NCBI GenBank assembly: GCA_965248265.1
Contig: CBDFJF010000001.1
Location: 1,664,001 to 1,728,000, forward strand
Source: Candidatus Latescibacterota bacterium
GTDB lineage: Bacteria > Latescibacterota > UBA2968 > UBA8231
DNA: 64,000 bases
Direction: 5' to 3'
The notes beneath the pieces are model-generated. The model ran no database searches. It was given only the letters and a program-made list of their open reading frames with translations, and was not told the DNA's origin. The position numbers were made by a program, and so were the translations under genes. This document shows, in pieces, positions 1 to 8,859 of this stretch. Each line of letters begins with the position of its first letter. Within the stretch, counting starts at the first letter, position 1.

Positions 1-521
1 GCCTTGAGCGCGAGTGAGGCTTCACCATAAGAGGAATAGGTCTCGCCAATTACGAAATCGACGCCTGCCTCGGCAGCCCACCGTACCTGCTTTCTGACTC
101 CCGGCAAAACGGACCGGATGTAGTCGTCGCGGTCTCTCTTTTCATACTCAAAGGTATTGCAGACGTTCCCGGCAACAAGAGGATCCAGTCCGAATCCCGC
201 CGCCCACTCGTCTCTTGCCAATGCGGCAGCCTTTTTGGCTATCTCGAGGGCCTCTCGGTTGATACTTTCGAAGCGCCCGGCCAGACCGACCGTGGCCAGT
301 TTGTCTTCGTTGGCGTAGTAGGTGAGTGCGATGGAGACCATGGCGCCACCCCGGAAAAAATCGAGATGGGCGCGGGTGACGTGGTCTGGATCCTCAACCA
401 CCACCTCCGGCACGAAAGCCCCCGCCTGTAGCAGGCCCAATCTCTCAAGTTTGAAGACCATGCCCTCAGCAACTACTAGGGGGCCCTCCTTCAGTTTTGC
501 TTTCAATCTGCTCTCAGGCAT
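1..521 (-). CDS. Betaine-homocysteine S-methyltransferase-like protein (homocysteine S-methyltransferase family), 3' end beyond the window edge
   Basis: Missing from the ORF track because it runs off the edge. Manual translation from ATG 521 gives MPESRLKAKLKEGPLVVAEGMVFKLERLGLLQAGAFVPEVVVEDPDHVTRAHLDFFRGGAMVSIALTYYANEDKL...LVAGNVCNT...AEAGVDFVIGETY, matching BHMT motifs (GxVFxLE, AGxxxPE, TxYAxEDKL, VDFxIxE). Confidence 0.85.
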   Translation of the reverse strand, partial: MPESRLKAKLKEGPLVVAEGMVFKLERLGLLQAGAFVPEVVVEDPDHVTRAHLDFFRGGAMVSIALTYYANEDKLATVGLAGRFESINREALEIAKKAAALARDEWAAGFGLDPLVAGNVCNTFEYEKRDRDDYIRSVLPGVRKQVRWAAEAGVDFVIGETYSSYGEASLALK

Positions 522-824
522 CGTTCCCGCCAGGGTTTTCCGCCCTCACAGTGTCTAGTGGGTAAATGTCCGCGCGAAAAACAGGCCTGTTGACCCAGTG
601 CGCCGTTCAAGATAAGTCCCATTCGTACACGCAGCCACATGCGTGTCCCGACGCGATGTCGGGCGGCCACCGCGCACCTGATCCCAGGATCCAGGCGGGG
701 GTGCATCGCCTCTTCATCGTATGTAGTTTCCCGGACTCGCTCGGGCATATCAGGATGCGCCTCGAGCAGCAACGCCTGGAAGAGAAGATCGCTGCGGCGA
801 GTATTGACGCGGGTACAGACAATT

Positions 825-1934
825 ATGACTGACACGGACAATATGGATAGCCCACGCGCCTGTAGCGCGGAGGAACTGCCCGAACTCCTCGAGCTGGTCA
901 ACTACGTGTTCCGCACCAGTCAGGGCCGCCCCCCCGACATCGGCGATGCCTACCGGCACATATACTGCGAGGAAAACCTGGAGCTCGTGCGGGTCATCCG
1001 TATTGACGGAGCCATACGCGCTTCAGTCGGTCTGTTTCCCTTCGAGCTCGCAGCCGGGCCTCATGCCTTCAGCGCGCTGGGCCTCAATTGCACCACCTGC
1101 CATCCCGACTGGCGCCGCCGTGGGCTTGGTGCAATGCTGATGGATGACGCCGCCCATCTGGCCGAGCAGAAGAGCCTCGACATGATCCACCTCGCCGGGG
1201 GCGTTCCCGAATGGTACCGGCAACTCGGCTACGAACAGGCCGGCAGCAGGTACCTCTACCACTTCGATCGCGGCAACATCGGACTGCTGCCACGGTTGGA
1301 CTGCGAGGTGGTAACCGACCTTGACGGCCACATCGAGCAGGTGCACGCACTCTACCTCGCCCAGCGTTCCGGCAACATGCGATCCCTGCACAACACACGG
1401 CAATCCTTCTCACGCTACCCCGGCCAGCTGCTGGCCGCGCAGCAGGATGGCGAGCTGAAGGCCTACCTCTACGCGGATTTCGATAACCTCGTTCTCGAGT
1501 GCGCCGGAGAGCCGGCCGAACTCATCGCCGGCCTCACACACGAGTTGTTCGACCGGCGAGACAGAGAAAATGAAGGGGCTTCCACGACGGGCCGGGATGA
1601 GAAATACAGGGTGTTGCGTAACGTTGTGGTCTCGCTCGAAGTGAGCCCCCTACGCACGGACCTGACCACGCTACTGGACGAGCTGGGTATCCCCTGCGAA
1701 CGCAACTACTGGCACATGGTGCGAGTGACAGACCCGCCGAATCTGGCCGGTAAGACCGGCTTCGAGGGCACCATCGAAGCGGCCGGCGAGGACGCCTTCG
1801 TTGTTGCCACCGAAAATGGAGAACAGACCATGACTCGGGGTCCGATCGGTCGTCTGTTGTTCGGACCGGAGCGATTTCCTCTTCGCACGCAACCACCGAT
1901 TCCCTTATTCGCCCCGGGCACAGACCATGTCTGA
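825..1934 (+). CDS. GNAT family N-acetyltransferase (Eis-like)
   Basis: Acetyl-CoA motif A in TCHPDWRRRGLGAML and WYRQLGYE. Start placed at ATG 825, with ATG 843 as an alternative. Overlaps the next gene by 8 nt. Confidence 0.75.
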   Translation: MTDTDNMDSPRACSAEELPELLELVNYVFRTSQGRPPDIGDAYRHIYCEENLELVRVIRIDGAIRASVGLFPFELAAGPHAFSALGLNCTTCHPDWRRRGLGAMLMDDAAHLAEQKSLDMIHLAGGVPEWYRQLGYEQAGSRYLYHFDRGNIGLLPRLDCEVVTDLDGHIEQVHALYLAQRSGNMRSLHNTRQSFSRYPGQLLAAQQDGELKAYLYADFDNLVLECAGEPAELIAGLTHELFDRRDRENEGASTTGRDEKYRVLRNVVVSLEVSPLRTDLTTLLDELGIPCERNYWHMVRVTDPPNLAGKTGFEGTIEAAGEDAFVVATENGEQTMTRGPIGRLLFGPERFPLRTQPPIPLFAPGTDHV

Positions 1935-3027
1935 ATTCCGCGCCGCCGTCATCGGGCTTGGTTGGATGGGAATGCTCTATGACATGGCCTCGCGTTCTGA
2001 CGCGCGTTTCAACGTCGACGACATTGACCGGCCCATGCCGGAAATCGACGTCCACGGGCGAATCCACCACCACCAGCATCCGGGTGATGAGGGCAACCCA
2101 ACCTCATACTGCGAAGCCTTGCGTGATCGGCCGGAAACCGAAATCGTCGCCGCCGTCGACCGGGACAAGAAGCGACTCGATGTGTTCACGCAGCGCTATG
2201 GGATCGACGCGACCTACACCGACGCCGAGCAGATGCTCAGAGAGGTCCGGCCGGAAATCGTCGCGGTGGCCACCAACACCAAGCACCGCGCTGATCTGAC
2301 CTGTCTGGCCGTCGAGTGCGGCGCCAAGGGCATAGTGACCGAAAAGCCGATGGCCCATTCCCTCGAGGAAGTCGATCGCATGGTCAGCACCTGCGCCGAG
2401 GCCGGCGTGCCGCTGAGCTGCGGCTCCATCAGCACCACGCACCCCTCATTCGCCGTGGCCAGGCGCCTGTTGGATGATGGAGCGATCGGAGAGCTGATAT
2501 CGATCGAAGCGCCCGGCGCGTCCGCCCAACACCAGAACTGGTCCTATTTCCTGGATCGGCTGCCCTCGTGGGTCGTCGGTTCCGGCGACCAACCTCGACG
2601 CGAAAGTGGGAGTGATGAGTTCAACGGCCACGGCTTCGCCTGGGCCGACAGAGTGCCCGTTCACTTTCGCCGCGGCGCCCCCGGCGTACGACTTTCCGGT
2701 GAGACCGGCGAAATGGCTTTCGATTTGGACAAGCGCTGGAGACTCTGGAAAGACATCGACGTGGATGGAGTATCTGGAAAGGGTAGGGCCGAAGTCCCGT
2801 GGCCGGATCCAAACTTCACGATGCCCTATGGAGCCGTGTACTGCCTCGACGACGTGTTGCAGTGCCTGGCCGGCAGGCTGGAAGAACCCAAAAATTCCGG
2901 GCGCCGCGTCGGCATCGCCCTCGAAGTCGAAGTGGCTCTCAAGGAGTCTTCAGCCAGGGGCGGATCGCGCATCGACCTGCCCCTGGCGGATCGTAGCCTC
3001 GGCCTCAACTACGATTGGTTCCGGTGA
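1927..3027 (+). CDS. Gfo/Idh/MocA family oxidoreductase
   Basis: N-terminal VIGLGWMG Rossmann motif, EIVAVATN, and the EKPMA motif. Confidence 0.85.
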   Translation: MSEFRAAVIGLGWMGMLYDMASRSDARFNVDDIDRPMPEIDVHGRIHHHQHPGDEGNPTSYCEALRDRPETEIVAAVDRDKKRLDVFTQRYGIDATYTDAEQMLREVRPEIVAVATNTKHRADLTCLAVECGAKGIVTEKPMAHSLEEVDRMVSTCAEAGVPLSCGSISTTHPSFAVARRLLDDGAIGELISIEAPGASAQHQNWSYFLDRLPSWVVGSGDQPRRESGSDEFNGHGFAWADRVPVHFRRGAPGVRLSGETGEMAFDLDKRWRLWKDIDVDGVSGKGRAEVPWPDPNFTMPYGAVYCLDDVLQCLAGRLEEPKNSGRRVGIALEVEVALKESSARGGSRIDLPLADRSLGLNYDWFR

Positions 3028-3030
3028 GAC

Positions 3031-4578
3031 ATGGCTGAGACTCCGCGAATGATGTTCAACGATGATGGCTGGATCATCGGCACCTACGGGCCATCGTTGA
3101 CCCCGGACATCATGAGGGAGAAGATGATCGAGCCTTACGAAGGCTCGCCGGTGGATGTGTTTCTGTGGTCGATCGGTGGCCACGAGACCTACGACTACGA
3201 GACCGAAATCGGCGAACTATTCGGCGACGGCTACGACGATCTCGACGAAGCGCAGCAAAAAAGACGGGACAACCTTCGCTTCCTCATAGATAGCCATGGC
3301 GGACCGGTGACCGTGATCGCCGAATTGTGTCACCAGGCCGGCATGCGATTCTTTCCCTCCGTGCGCATGAACGAGCACTACGACATGGATAAATCCTCTC
3401 CCAGCTACGGCCGCTTGCGGCGTGAGTACCCCGAGCTGCTCATCGGCAAACCCGGAGAGGAGATTCCGTACCCGAGCCTCGAGTGGGGCATCCGCACCGG
3501 CCTGGACTACGCCACCGACGGCGCCCGGCAGCACATGCTCAGCATCATCTTCGAGCTCATCCAGCGCTTCGACGTGGACGGTATCGAACTCGACTTCATG
3601 CGCCACCCGGCCTTCTTCCGCATCGAGGACGCCTACGCCCAGCGCTATCTCATGACCGACCTGGTGCGCCAGGTGCGCAGCAAGCTGACACAGAAAGGTG
3701 AGCGTGCGGGACGAGAGCTATCCCTCGCCGTACGAGTACCTCCGACCCTCAACGACTGCATCAGAATTGGCCTGGACGTCGAGGAGTGGATGCAGCAAGG
3801 ACTCGTCGACCTGCTGATCGCCGGCGGCGGTTTCATCCCCTTCACCATGCCGATTCGATCATTCGTCGAGGCGGCACGGGGAACCTCCTGCAAGGTGTTC
3901 GGATGCTTCGAGGCACTGCGGCCGACCCTGGATGAAGACGTCATGCAGGCGTTGGCTGCGCGCTACTGGAAGGCCGGCGTCGATGGCCTCTACTTCTTCA
4001 ACTACTACAGCATGTCGGGCGAGTGGAAGCGCGACTTCCTGGCGCGATTAGCCGATCCTGCCCGGCTGGCGCGGGCGGACAAGCAGTACCAGGTGGACAA
4101 CGGCATAGTCCGACCCAACAGTCAGTTGGGTTTCTCCTTTGCGAACGCGATTCCCAGGGTGCAACTACCCGCCGGCATCGCAGCAACACCGGGCGGACGG
4201 GGATTCATGATGCAGATCGACATCGCCGATGACGTCGCAGCGGCGGCGGTCGAGGGTGCCCTCGGGCCGTGCACGCTTGGGTTGGGGTTCGAAGCGCTGC
4301 CCGTCGATTGCGAGCTCTGCGTTGTCATTAACGGCGACGAGATTGCGTGGGCAAGCGCCACGCCGGCACAACCCTGGATCCGGCTCGGGTACGATCCTGA
4401 TTGGAACCAGTACCCATCATCGTTGGCCCCACAGCCCGTAGAGGAGCAGGATCGAGTCGAATTCGAAATCTCGGTCCCGCTATTGCGGCAAGGGGAAAAT
4501 CAAGTTGAAATCAGGCTCGAGGCGGGGCCATCCTTGCTGCTGCTGGATGCTCGACTGTGGATCCGGTACACCAGCTAG
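3031..4578 (+). CDS. Putative TIM-barrel glycoside hydrolase-like protein (GHL10/DUF187-like)
   Basis: Motifs MFNDDG, SVRMNEH, DGIELDFMRHP and GVDGLYFFN, followed by a beta-rich C-terminal domain. Starts 3 nt after the previous stop. Confidence 0.6.
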   Translation: MAETPRMMFNDDGWIIGTYGPSLTPDIMREKMIEPYEGSPVDVFLWSIGGHETYDYETEIGELFGDGYDDLDEAQQKRRDNLRFLIDSHGGPVTVIAELCHQAGMRFFPSVRMNEHYDMDKSSPSYGRLRREYPELLIGKPGEEIPYPSLEWGIRTGLDYATDGARQHMLSIIFELIQRFDVDGIELDFMRHPAFFRIEDAYAQRYLMTDLVRQVRSKLTQKGERAGRELSLAVRVPPTLNDCIRIGLDVEEWMQQGLVDLLIAGGGFIPFTMPIRSFVEAARGTSCKVFGCFEALRPTLDEDVMQALAARYWKAGVDGLYFFNYYSMSGEWKRDFLARLADPARLARADKQYQVDNGIVRPNSQLGFSFANAIPRVQLPAGIAATPGGRGFMMQIDIADDVAAAAVEGALGPCTLGLGFEALPVDCELCVVINGDEIAWASATPAQPWIRLGYDPDWNQYPSSLAPQPVEEQDRVEFEISVPLLRQGENQVEIRLEAGPSLLLLDARLWIRYTS

Positions 4579-4626
4579 ACAATAAACACCCGCGGCAAGA
4601 AGGCATCCCCCGGTTCTTGACTGACG

Positions 4627-5535
4627 TCAGGGTTTGTAGGGTGTGCCCGTGCGCCGCAGCTCCTTGGTAATCGCCAGCTGCACGGTGCAGTACTTGCCGA
4701 TGTACTCCGTCGCAAACCCGGGACGTGCATCGGCAATCGTTCCGACGATCATGTTGGCGTACTCGAAGGTCGTGTCGTAGCGATCGATGATGAGCGCGAC
4801 CATCTCCGTCCACGCCTTCTTCAGCGCGTCGCCCCAGGTCTCACCGATACCGCTGGTGAGCCACTCCTGCGGACTCTCCACGTAGCCCGTCGTTTCCACC
4901 ACTGGACTGCTGTTCGGGAAACCGGGCGAGCGCTCCACTTTGAGAGTCACCACGGCATCGATCTCGACGCCGGCGGCAGTCAGTTCGCCATCGCCCATGC
5001 GCCCGTGCGTGTCGCCCAGCGACAGGTAGCCACCCGAGCGCTGAGCGCGAATGTGCACGGTGCTGCCGGGCTGGATCGAGTTGAAGTCCATGTTGCCGCC
5101 ATGATCGATCGGGTGCGGTGCCACCGATTCCAGCTGGATGATCCCGATCATCGGGCGCGCCGGGACAACGAAGTCCGGGGGAAAGTGGATCAACCCATCG
5201 CGTACAGGCGCCACACAGCGCCAGTACCCCCAGTGAGGTCCGGCATTGCGGTAGAACCCGTAGGGACCCACCTCCATGTCGACGATCTCGATTGCCACCC
5301 AGTCGTCAGGCTCGATGTCCTCGATGATGAACGGCCCTCCGTAACGGGAGTATCGGGGCGTGTTCGCCGCCACGATCATACCTGCACGCGTTTCGCCGGC
5401 GGCCTCGTAGTCGTGATCGGCCCCCCCGACGGTCTCGATGATGACGGTCTCTCCCAGCTCCAGCGTACCGCGCACTTCGCCGCGGGCTGGATCATCAGGA
5501 CCCGAGTAGCAGGGCGTGCGATTGAATCGGCGCAT
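4627..5535 (-). CDS. Acetamidase/formamidase family protein
   Basis: Motifs GPFIIEDIEPDD, PMIGII, HGGNMD and LGDTHGRMGDGE. An AGGAGG RBS lies before ATG 5535. Confidence 0.85.
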   Translation of the reverse strand: MRRFNRTPCYSGPDDPARGEVRGTLELGETVIIETVGGADHDYEAAGETRAGMIVAANTPRYSRYGGPFIIEDIEPDDWVAIEIVDMEVGPYGFYRNAGPHWGYWRCVAPVRDGLIHFPPDFVVPARPMIGIIQLESVAPHPIDHGGNMDFNSIQPGSTVHIRAQRSGGYLSLGDTHGRMGDGELTAAGVEIDAVVTLKVERSPGFPNSSPVVETTGYVESPQEWLTSGIGETWGDALKKAWTEMVALIIDRYDTTFEYANMIVGTIADARPGFATEYIGKYCTVQLAITKELRRTGTPYKP

Positions 5536-5553
5536 GAAGATCCTCCTGGTGTC

Positions 5554-5755
5554 TAGTGCCCTGTCACGGAAGTAGGCTTGTGAAATGAGGGCGCCGAGTC
5601 GCCCGGCCTGCAAGGCGCGCGAGTGAGGCATATCGGTGGGATATGCCGATTGAGCGCGCTCAGGGACGAGGCCGAACTCTAAGAGTTCGGTCCCACGCAG
5701 CAGGTCGGGATGGATCGACGGCCGAATACAAGAATACTTCCGTGACAGGGCACTA
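5554..5755. mobile_element. MITE-like non-autonomous element, 202 bp, with perfect 21-bp terminal inverted repeats
   Basis: TAGTGCCCTGTCACGGAAGTA (5554-5574) is the exact reverse complement of TACTTCCGTGACAGGGCACTA (5735-5755). Both ends terminate in TA. Nested internal stems include CCCGGCCTGC/GCAGGTCGGG, GGCATATC/GATATGCC and CCGAACTCT/AGAGTTCGG. No credible coding capacity. Confidence 0.8.
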
Positions 5756-5880
5756 CGTTAGTCCCACCGAATCGTCGCCCCCACGATCGACCGATCCCTC
5801 GTCCAACCGCTCATACACCTTTGGCAGTTCGTGCCAGGCGAACTCGTGCGTCATCATCTTTTCATGGAAGCTTTTGCTCG
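5753..5880 (-). pseudogene. C-terminal remnant of a medium-chain (zinc-type) alcohol dehydrogenase-like gene
   Basis: EKMMTHEFAWHELPKVYERLDEG resembles the MDR C-terminal xxITHxFxxxxxxxxYxxLxxG motif. There is no upstream catalytic or Rossmann domain, and the frame stops at the TAG formed by the MITE end. Confidence 0.45.
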
Positions 5881-5940
5881 ACTCGAATGTAGCATAGGTT
5901 GGGCCGCAACACCCGGGGCCTTGACGCGGAGGCGGTGAAC

Positions 5941-6300
5941 TCACGCCAGAACGCAATCTATTTGTTCCAGGAGCGTGCTCAATTGATACGGTTTCGTGAC
6001 GAATGCCGTGTAGCCGAGGCTCGTGTTGGGCGGGGCGTTTGCGGAAACGATGATTACCTTCACCTCTTCATCGACCGAAATGAGCTCTTTGAGAACCTCC
6101 AACCCATCCATCCCCGGCATGTTGAGATCCAGCAGGACCAGATCGATGATGTCACGGTCTGCCCTGTAAGTCTCCGTAGCTTCGAATCCGTCGCCTGCCT
6201 CCAACACCCGGTAGTGCTTCCGCTCCAGGGCCTCCTTCAACATCAGCCGTATGACGGCCTCATTCTCTACGAGTAGGATCGTCGTGCCCTCTTCGCCCAT
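5941..6300 (-). CDS. Single-domain response regulator receiver (CheY-like)
   Basis: ILLVENE, DLVLLDLNMPGMDG (phospho-Asp), IIVSA and VTKPY. Start at ATG 6300. Confidence 0.85.
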   Translation of the reverse strand: MGEEGTTILLVENEAVIRLMLKEALERKHYRVLEAGDGFEATETYRADRDIIDLVLLDLNMPGMDGLEVLKELISVDEEVKVIIVSANAPPNTSLGYTAFVTKPYQLSTLLEQIDCVLA

Positions 6301-6565
6301 TGAATGCCATGCCTGTTGGTAGGTGATTGCGGTCCGATTCAATGATAGCACCAGCAAGCGTTGGTCCGGTATCCGTACAAGTACGGAAATCACCACTGTT
6401 CTCGACATCCATTCTCCGTTCCACCATACTACCCCTGTGTCCCTTGTGGAAATCCCTGACGGCCGACGAATAGCCCATCATCTCTACCCAGGCCAGGGCT
6501 ACCGCCCTCGAAGAAGTGAGATGAAATGCTCCCGGACAGGACGTCGACCACCTGAAAGGTTGCCC

Positions 6566-7798
6566 ATGATCAACGCCAGCAGAGATGAGTTTCTCGAACA
6601 GGGGTTCATCATCCTGCGTCAGGTGATCCCACCCGATCAGCTCGAGGCGCTGCGGCGCAGTCACGAGACCCTCGTTGAACGACAGCGGCTGGTATGGACC
6701 CGTGAACGCGACCCCGATGATCCACCGGGTGGCCAATGGGAGACGAGCAATCAGCCACGCCTGGCAATCGACCAGATGGGTGCTGAGCACGACGAGAGCA
6801 CCGCCAACACCATCGAGTTGTGGCTGCACGAGAACCTTCAGGGTGTGAGCAGCCACCTGCTGGCCGAAGACGATGCTCCCGTCACCGAAATGATGATGAT
6901 GTGCAATCCGGTCAGCGACCGCGGACCGGCCGCCTGGCATCGGGATTTCTATCCGCCGCTGAACGCACCACTAATGGCCTATGCCGACGACATCCTCGAA
7001 AGCGGCCCGCGCTACGTCCAGTGGAATATCCCGCTCTACGACGACGACGTTCTCTGGGTAATCCCGGGAAGTCATATCCGGTGCAACACCGCCGAGGAGA
7101 ACGAGACCATTGCTCGTGATCCTCGCGTTCCGGTTGCGGGAGGCGTGCAGACCCACCTCAACGCCGGGGACGGGGTCGCCTACATCCTTCCCATCCTGCA
7201 CTGGGGCAGCAACTATTCGACCAGGATACGGCGCACCGTCCACGGTGGCTTCGCCCGCTTGACGCACAATACCGATACCAGCTGGATGAAGTACCTCTCG
7301 CCGCCTGCGCTGGAGACTTTCTCACGATGGCAAGAGCGCAGCGAGCGTTACATCGGTGATGCGGAGGCTGCGCTGCGTGCCGTGTTGGCGAAGAGCCTGG
7401 ATGCCTACCACGCCGCGCTCGACATTCTGCATTCAGGCCGGGGTCCCAAGGGAATCTTGAAATCGACGATCTGCCTCAGCAAGACGGCAAGACATATTCG
7501 AAATCAGCGTTGTCGTGATTTCGACAGCCTGTCGGCCTTCGATCAGCGAGGCATGCATCAGGTGCATCCGATGACGCTGCAGTGGGGCCTGCCCTTGGGC
7601 GAGCGCTTCACCCCGGACGAGGCCGAACTGTTGTGGCAGCGCTTCAAGCCCGTCGACGACATCCTGCAGTTGGCGGAGGAGCACACCCTGCCCGGCTTTC
7701 AGGGCAAGCACACCCGCTATCTGTTCGAGGAAGTACCTGCTGAACTGACCATGGAAAGCTGGTCCGCGTCCTGGGAGAGCGGAGAACTGGGCTACTAG
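6566..7798 (+). CDS. Phytanoyl-CoA dioxygenase (PhyH) family Fe(II)/2OG oxygenase with a long C-terminal extension
   Basis: FLEQGFIILRQV, WHRD (HxD), LWVIPGSH, ILHWG and RRTVH, followed by about 170 extra residues. Confidence 0.85.
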   Translation: MINASRDEFLEQGFIILRQVIPPDQLEALRRSHETLVERQRLVWTRERDPDDPPGGQWETSNQPRLAIDQMGAEHDESTANTIELWLHENLQGVSSHLLAEDDAPVTEMMMMCNPVSDRGPAAWHRDFYPPLNAPLMAYADDILESGPRYVQWNIPLYDDDVLWVIPGSHIRCNTAEENETIARDPRVPVAGGVQTHLNAGDGVAYILPILHWGSNYSTRIRRTVHGGFARLTHNTDTSWMKYLSPPALETFSRWQERSERYIGDAEAALRAVLAKSLDAYHAALDILHSGRGPKGILKSTICLSKTARHIRNQRCRDFDSLSAFDQRGMHQVHPMTLQWGLPLGERFTPDEAELLWQRFKPVDDILQLAEEHTLPGFQGKHTRYLFEEVPAELTMESWSASWESGELGY

Positions 7799-7830
7799 CC
7801 GCACAGTCTCTGAAGTGCTGGCGGTACCGT

Positions 7831-8691
7831 TTATGCTTGCTCGGGCACCGACTGGGCGGGCGTTCCCAGCTCCCGCGTCCTCTCATGCCATTTGAACTTG
7901 ATCTCCCCGGTCAAGAGAGCGCGGTGTTCATCTGACAGACCGGCGACCAACGCGGCGTTGGGCTCGTACCCGTGCCAGCTCTGAAACATCGTCGGCGTGT
8001 ACCCACCGACGATCAGCACCCGATCGTTGTCGGAGCGGATGATGCCATGAGAGTGCATCAGCGACTCGTAGAACAAGAGCGTCGAACCAGCCGGCGCTTC
8101 GACTTGATGGATGAGGCGGGAGTCTTCCATGGCCGCGCTGATGATATCGGCGGCTGTGACCTCCCTGGTGATCTTGTGTGTTCCGGCGATCACCGTCGTT
8201 CCCCCGTCGTCGGGGCCCAGATCGGTGAGATTGGTCAACGCCTTGACGAAGGTGAAGTGGTAGAGCCCCTTACCGGTATGGGAGAAGCCACCGTAAATGC
8301 CTCGATGAAACCCGTAGTGACTGTCCTTGTCCGGTCTGAGGAGGTGGGCGTCGGATTGCTCCAGCCGTACAGCACCTCCACAGATCTCTTCCGCCATTCC
8401 AACTATTCGACGATCCGTCAGGTAGTCGAAGTAACAGGGAGCCAGGTGCGGCAGGTTGTCGAGGCGCCATGCTTGCTGGCTGGACGCAGACAGATGGCAG
8501 TCAGGACCCGGCAACTCACCAGTTTTCCGGTACCTCGATTCCATCTCATAAACGGTTTCGCGCAACACCTCCACGTGATCAGCTGATATCAGCTCTTCGA
8601 GGATGACGTAACCGTTTACCTCCAGGTGCAGCCGCTGAGCCGGAGTCAGCGCCGGAAAGGGCACGTTGCGTGTTGGGGGATGCTTACTCAT
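7831..8691 (-). CDS. PhyH family Fe(II)/2OG enzyme with an atypical HxG iron motif (candidate halogenase)
   Basis: NGYVILEE, GFHRG at the position where the paralogs have HxD, LTDLGPDDGGTTVIAGTHK, AGSTLLFYESLMHSHG and DRVL. Confidence 0.8.
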   Translation of the reverse strand: MSKHPPTRNVPFPALTPAQRLHLEVNGYVILEELISADHVEVLRETVYEMESRYRKTGELPGPDCHLSASSQQAWRLDNLPHLAPCYFDYLTDRRIVGMAEEICGGAVRLEQSDAHLLRPDKDSHYGFHRGIYGGFSHTGKGLYHFTFVKALTNLTDLGPDDGGTTVIAGTHKITREVTAADIISAAMEDSRLIHQVEAPAGSTLLFYESLMHSHGIIRSDNDRVLIVGGYTPTMFQSWHGYEPNAALVAGLSDEHRALLTGEIKFKWHERTRELGTPAQSVPEQA

Positions 8692-8859
8692 CCTGGTCTC
8701 CCTTTATTCCACATCAGCCTGTGGTATGCCATGCCGGTAAACGCTCAAATTGGCACCCCGGCACGAACAGCGCAGTGTATTATTTTTTGCACTCCTGGGC
8801 CAGATTGTGGACCAGATCCCAGACCAGAGATCTTACTCGATAATGGAAGGAACGATCCA

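Noticed and set aside
551-560. GTGTCTAGTG, identical to the left junction of the MITE (5549-5558)
   Set aside because: Only 10 bp, with no continuation into the TIR and no partner repeat. Compatible with chance.
522-824. Possible SAM riboswitch upstream of the BHMT-like gene, and an 88-aa ORF (566-832)
   Set aside because: The minus strand has CTTATC but lacks the rest of the SAM-I core. The ORF has no recognisable motif or RBS, though it could be another gene remnant.
8808-8832. Repeated CCAGA words in the divergent PhyH/RraA promoter region
   Set aside because: Irregular spacing and no palindrome, so there is not enough to call an operator.
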